The notes under the pieces: model-generated
The model's database searches: none
What the model was told of the DNA's origin: nothing
The model's input: the letters and a program-made list of their open reading frames with translations, nothing else
Program-made: the position numbers and the translations under genes
Source: Eledone cirrhosa
Lineage: Eukaryota
Assembly (NCBI GenBank): GCA_964016885.1
Contig: OZ024741.1
Span: 254,324,001-254,388,000 of the forward strand
Direction of reading: 5' to 3'
DNA length: 64,000 nt
Shown here: positions 63,501 to 64,000 of the stretch, piece by piece
How the letters are laid out: every line of letters begins with the position of its first letter
Numbering within the stretch: position 1 is the first letter of the stretch

Positions 63501-64000
63501 ACTGGCACTGACAGAGAAAATAGCAACAACTACAACAACACTGGCACTGACACAGAAAACAGCAACAACTACAACAACACTGGCACTGACACAGAAAACA
63601 GCAACAACTACAACAACACTGGCACTGACAGAGAAAACAGCAACAACAACAACACTGGCACTGACAGAGAAAACAACAACAACAACACTGGCACTGACAG
63701 AGAAAACAGCAACAACTACAACAACACTGGCACTGACAGAGAAAACAGCAACAACAACACTGGCACTGACACAGAAAACAGCAACAACTACAACAACACT
63801 GGCACTGACAGAGAAAACAGCAACAACTACAACAACACTGGCACTGACAGAGAAAACAGCAACAGCAACAACACTGGCACTGGCACAGAAAACAGCAACA
63901 ACAGCAACAACAACACTGGCACTGACACAGAAAACAGCAACAACTACAACAACACTGGTACTGACACAGAAAACAGCAACAACTACAACAACACTGGCAC

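Larger units (their letters stand above)
1..64000 (+). repeat. Satellite/large minisatellite tandem array; monomer ACTGGCACTGACA(C/G)AGAAAACAGC(AAC/TAC/AGC)n, 30-45 bp (mostly 33/36/39/42), about 1,700 copies, all head-to-tail; extends beyond both window edges
   Basis: Seen directly: every line consists of the 24-bp head followed by a triplet tail, e.g. the 39-bp ACTGGCACTGACAGAGAAAACAGCAACAACTACAACAAC. There is a 30-bp unit at 37223-37252 and a 45-bp unit at about 238-282. I saw no inversion or foreign insertion. Copy number is an estimate from mean unit length. Confidence 0.98.

Noticed and set aside
1-64000. CRISPR array (constant 24-bp repeat with variable spacers)
   Set aside because: The spacers are only 6-21 bp of AAC/TAC/AGC triplets reused hundreds of times rather than unique sequences. 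The repeat is not palindromic, and there is no leader or cas gene.
1-64000. Array of V(D)J recombination signal sequences (CACAGAA ... ACAACAACA resembles CACAGTG-12-ACAAAAACC)
   Set aside because: The heptamer matches 5/7, the spacer would be 13 bp and the nonamer A-tract is broken. No V, D or J segments are present. The similarity is expected from A/C-rich composition.
1-64000. Telomerase-synthesised repeat or diversity-generating retroelement template (AAC-rich)
   Set aside because: Kilobase blocks sharing rare variants indicate DNA-level duplication rather than unit-by-unit templated synthesis. There is no reverse transcriptase, no template/variable repeat pair and no adenine-specific variation.
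1-64000. Promoters, terminators, tRNA/rRNA, transposon ends, hairpins or G-quadruplexes
   Set aside because: There is no unique or inverted sequence, no poly-T tract and no G-tracts. The strand is too poor in G and T to form extended stems.
1-64000. Whole window as a synthetic or sequencing-artefact concatemer
   Set aside because: Hierarchically shared variants at many different offsets look like an evolutionary history rather than random error or single-template rolling-circle copies. Individual near-identical duplications could still be assembly errors.
1-64000. Assignment to a named satellite family or host taxon
   Set aside because: I do not recognise the monomer. A BLASTN/Dfam/Repbase search of the 39-bp consensus is needed, so novelty of the family is unverified.

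Overview
The whole 64 kb window is one uninterrupted, single-orientation tandem repeat (satellite or very large minisatellite), open at both edges. I found no unique sequence, gene, RNA gene, transposon or CRISPR array. The consensus monomer is ACTGGCACTGAC-A(C/G)A-GAAAACAGC plus a variable tail of AAC/TAC/AGC triplets. The commonest form is 39 bp, the range is 30-45 bp, and there are roughly 1,700 monomers (64 kb divided by about 37.5 bp). The + strand is very A/C-rich (39-bp unit: 19 A, 11 C, 6 G, 3 T) and the consensus has no CpG. The long ORFs in the track follow from this triplet structure: four of six frames are stop-free in the consensus, but 24 frameshift sites and 9 point-mutation stops rule out one continuous protein. 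The real information is in the variant pattern, which shows nested higher-order duplications (offsets 372, 984 x3, 1224, 2143, 2724/2119 = 4843, 3541, about 4190 and 8718 bp, plus block copies 14770, 24157 and 44605 bp apart). It also shows a landmark cassette recurring about 30 times, a collapsed copy at 52-53 kb, a substitution cluster at 49-50 kb and a more scrambled distal end. The source is most plausibly eukaryotic repetitive DNA, but the host cannot be determined from the sequence. I cannot support a novel gene system here, and the functional ideas below are labelled as hypotheses. Boundaries were read by eye and are approximate to about one monomer.
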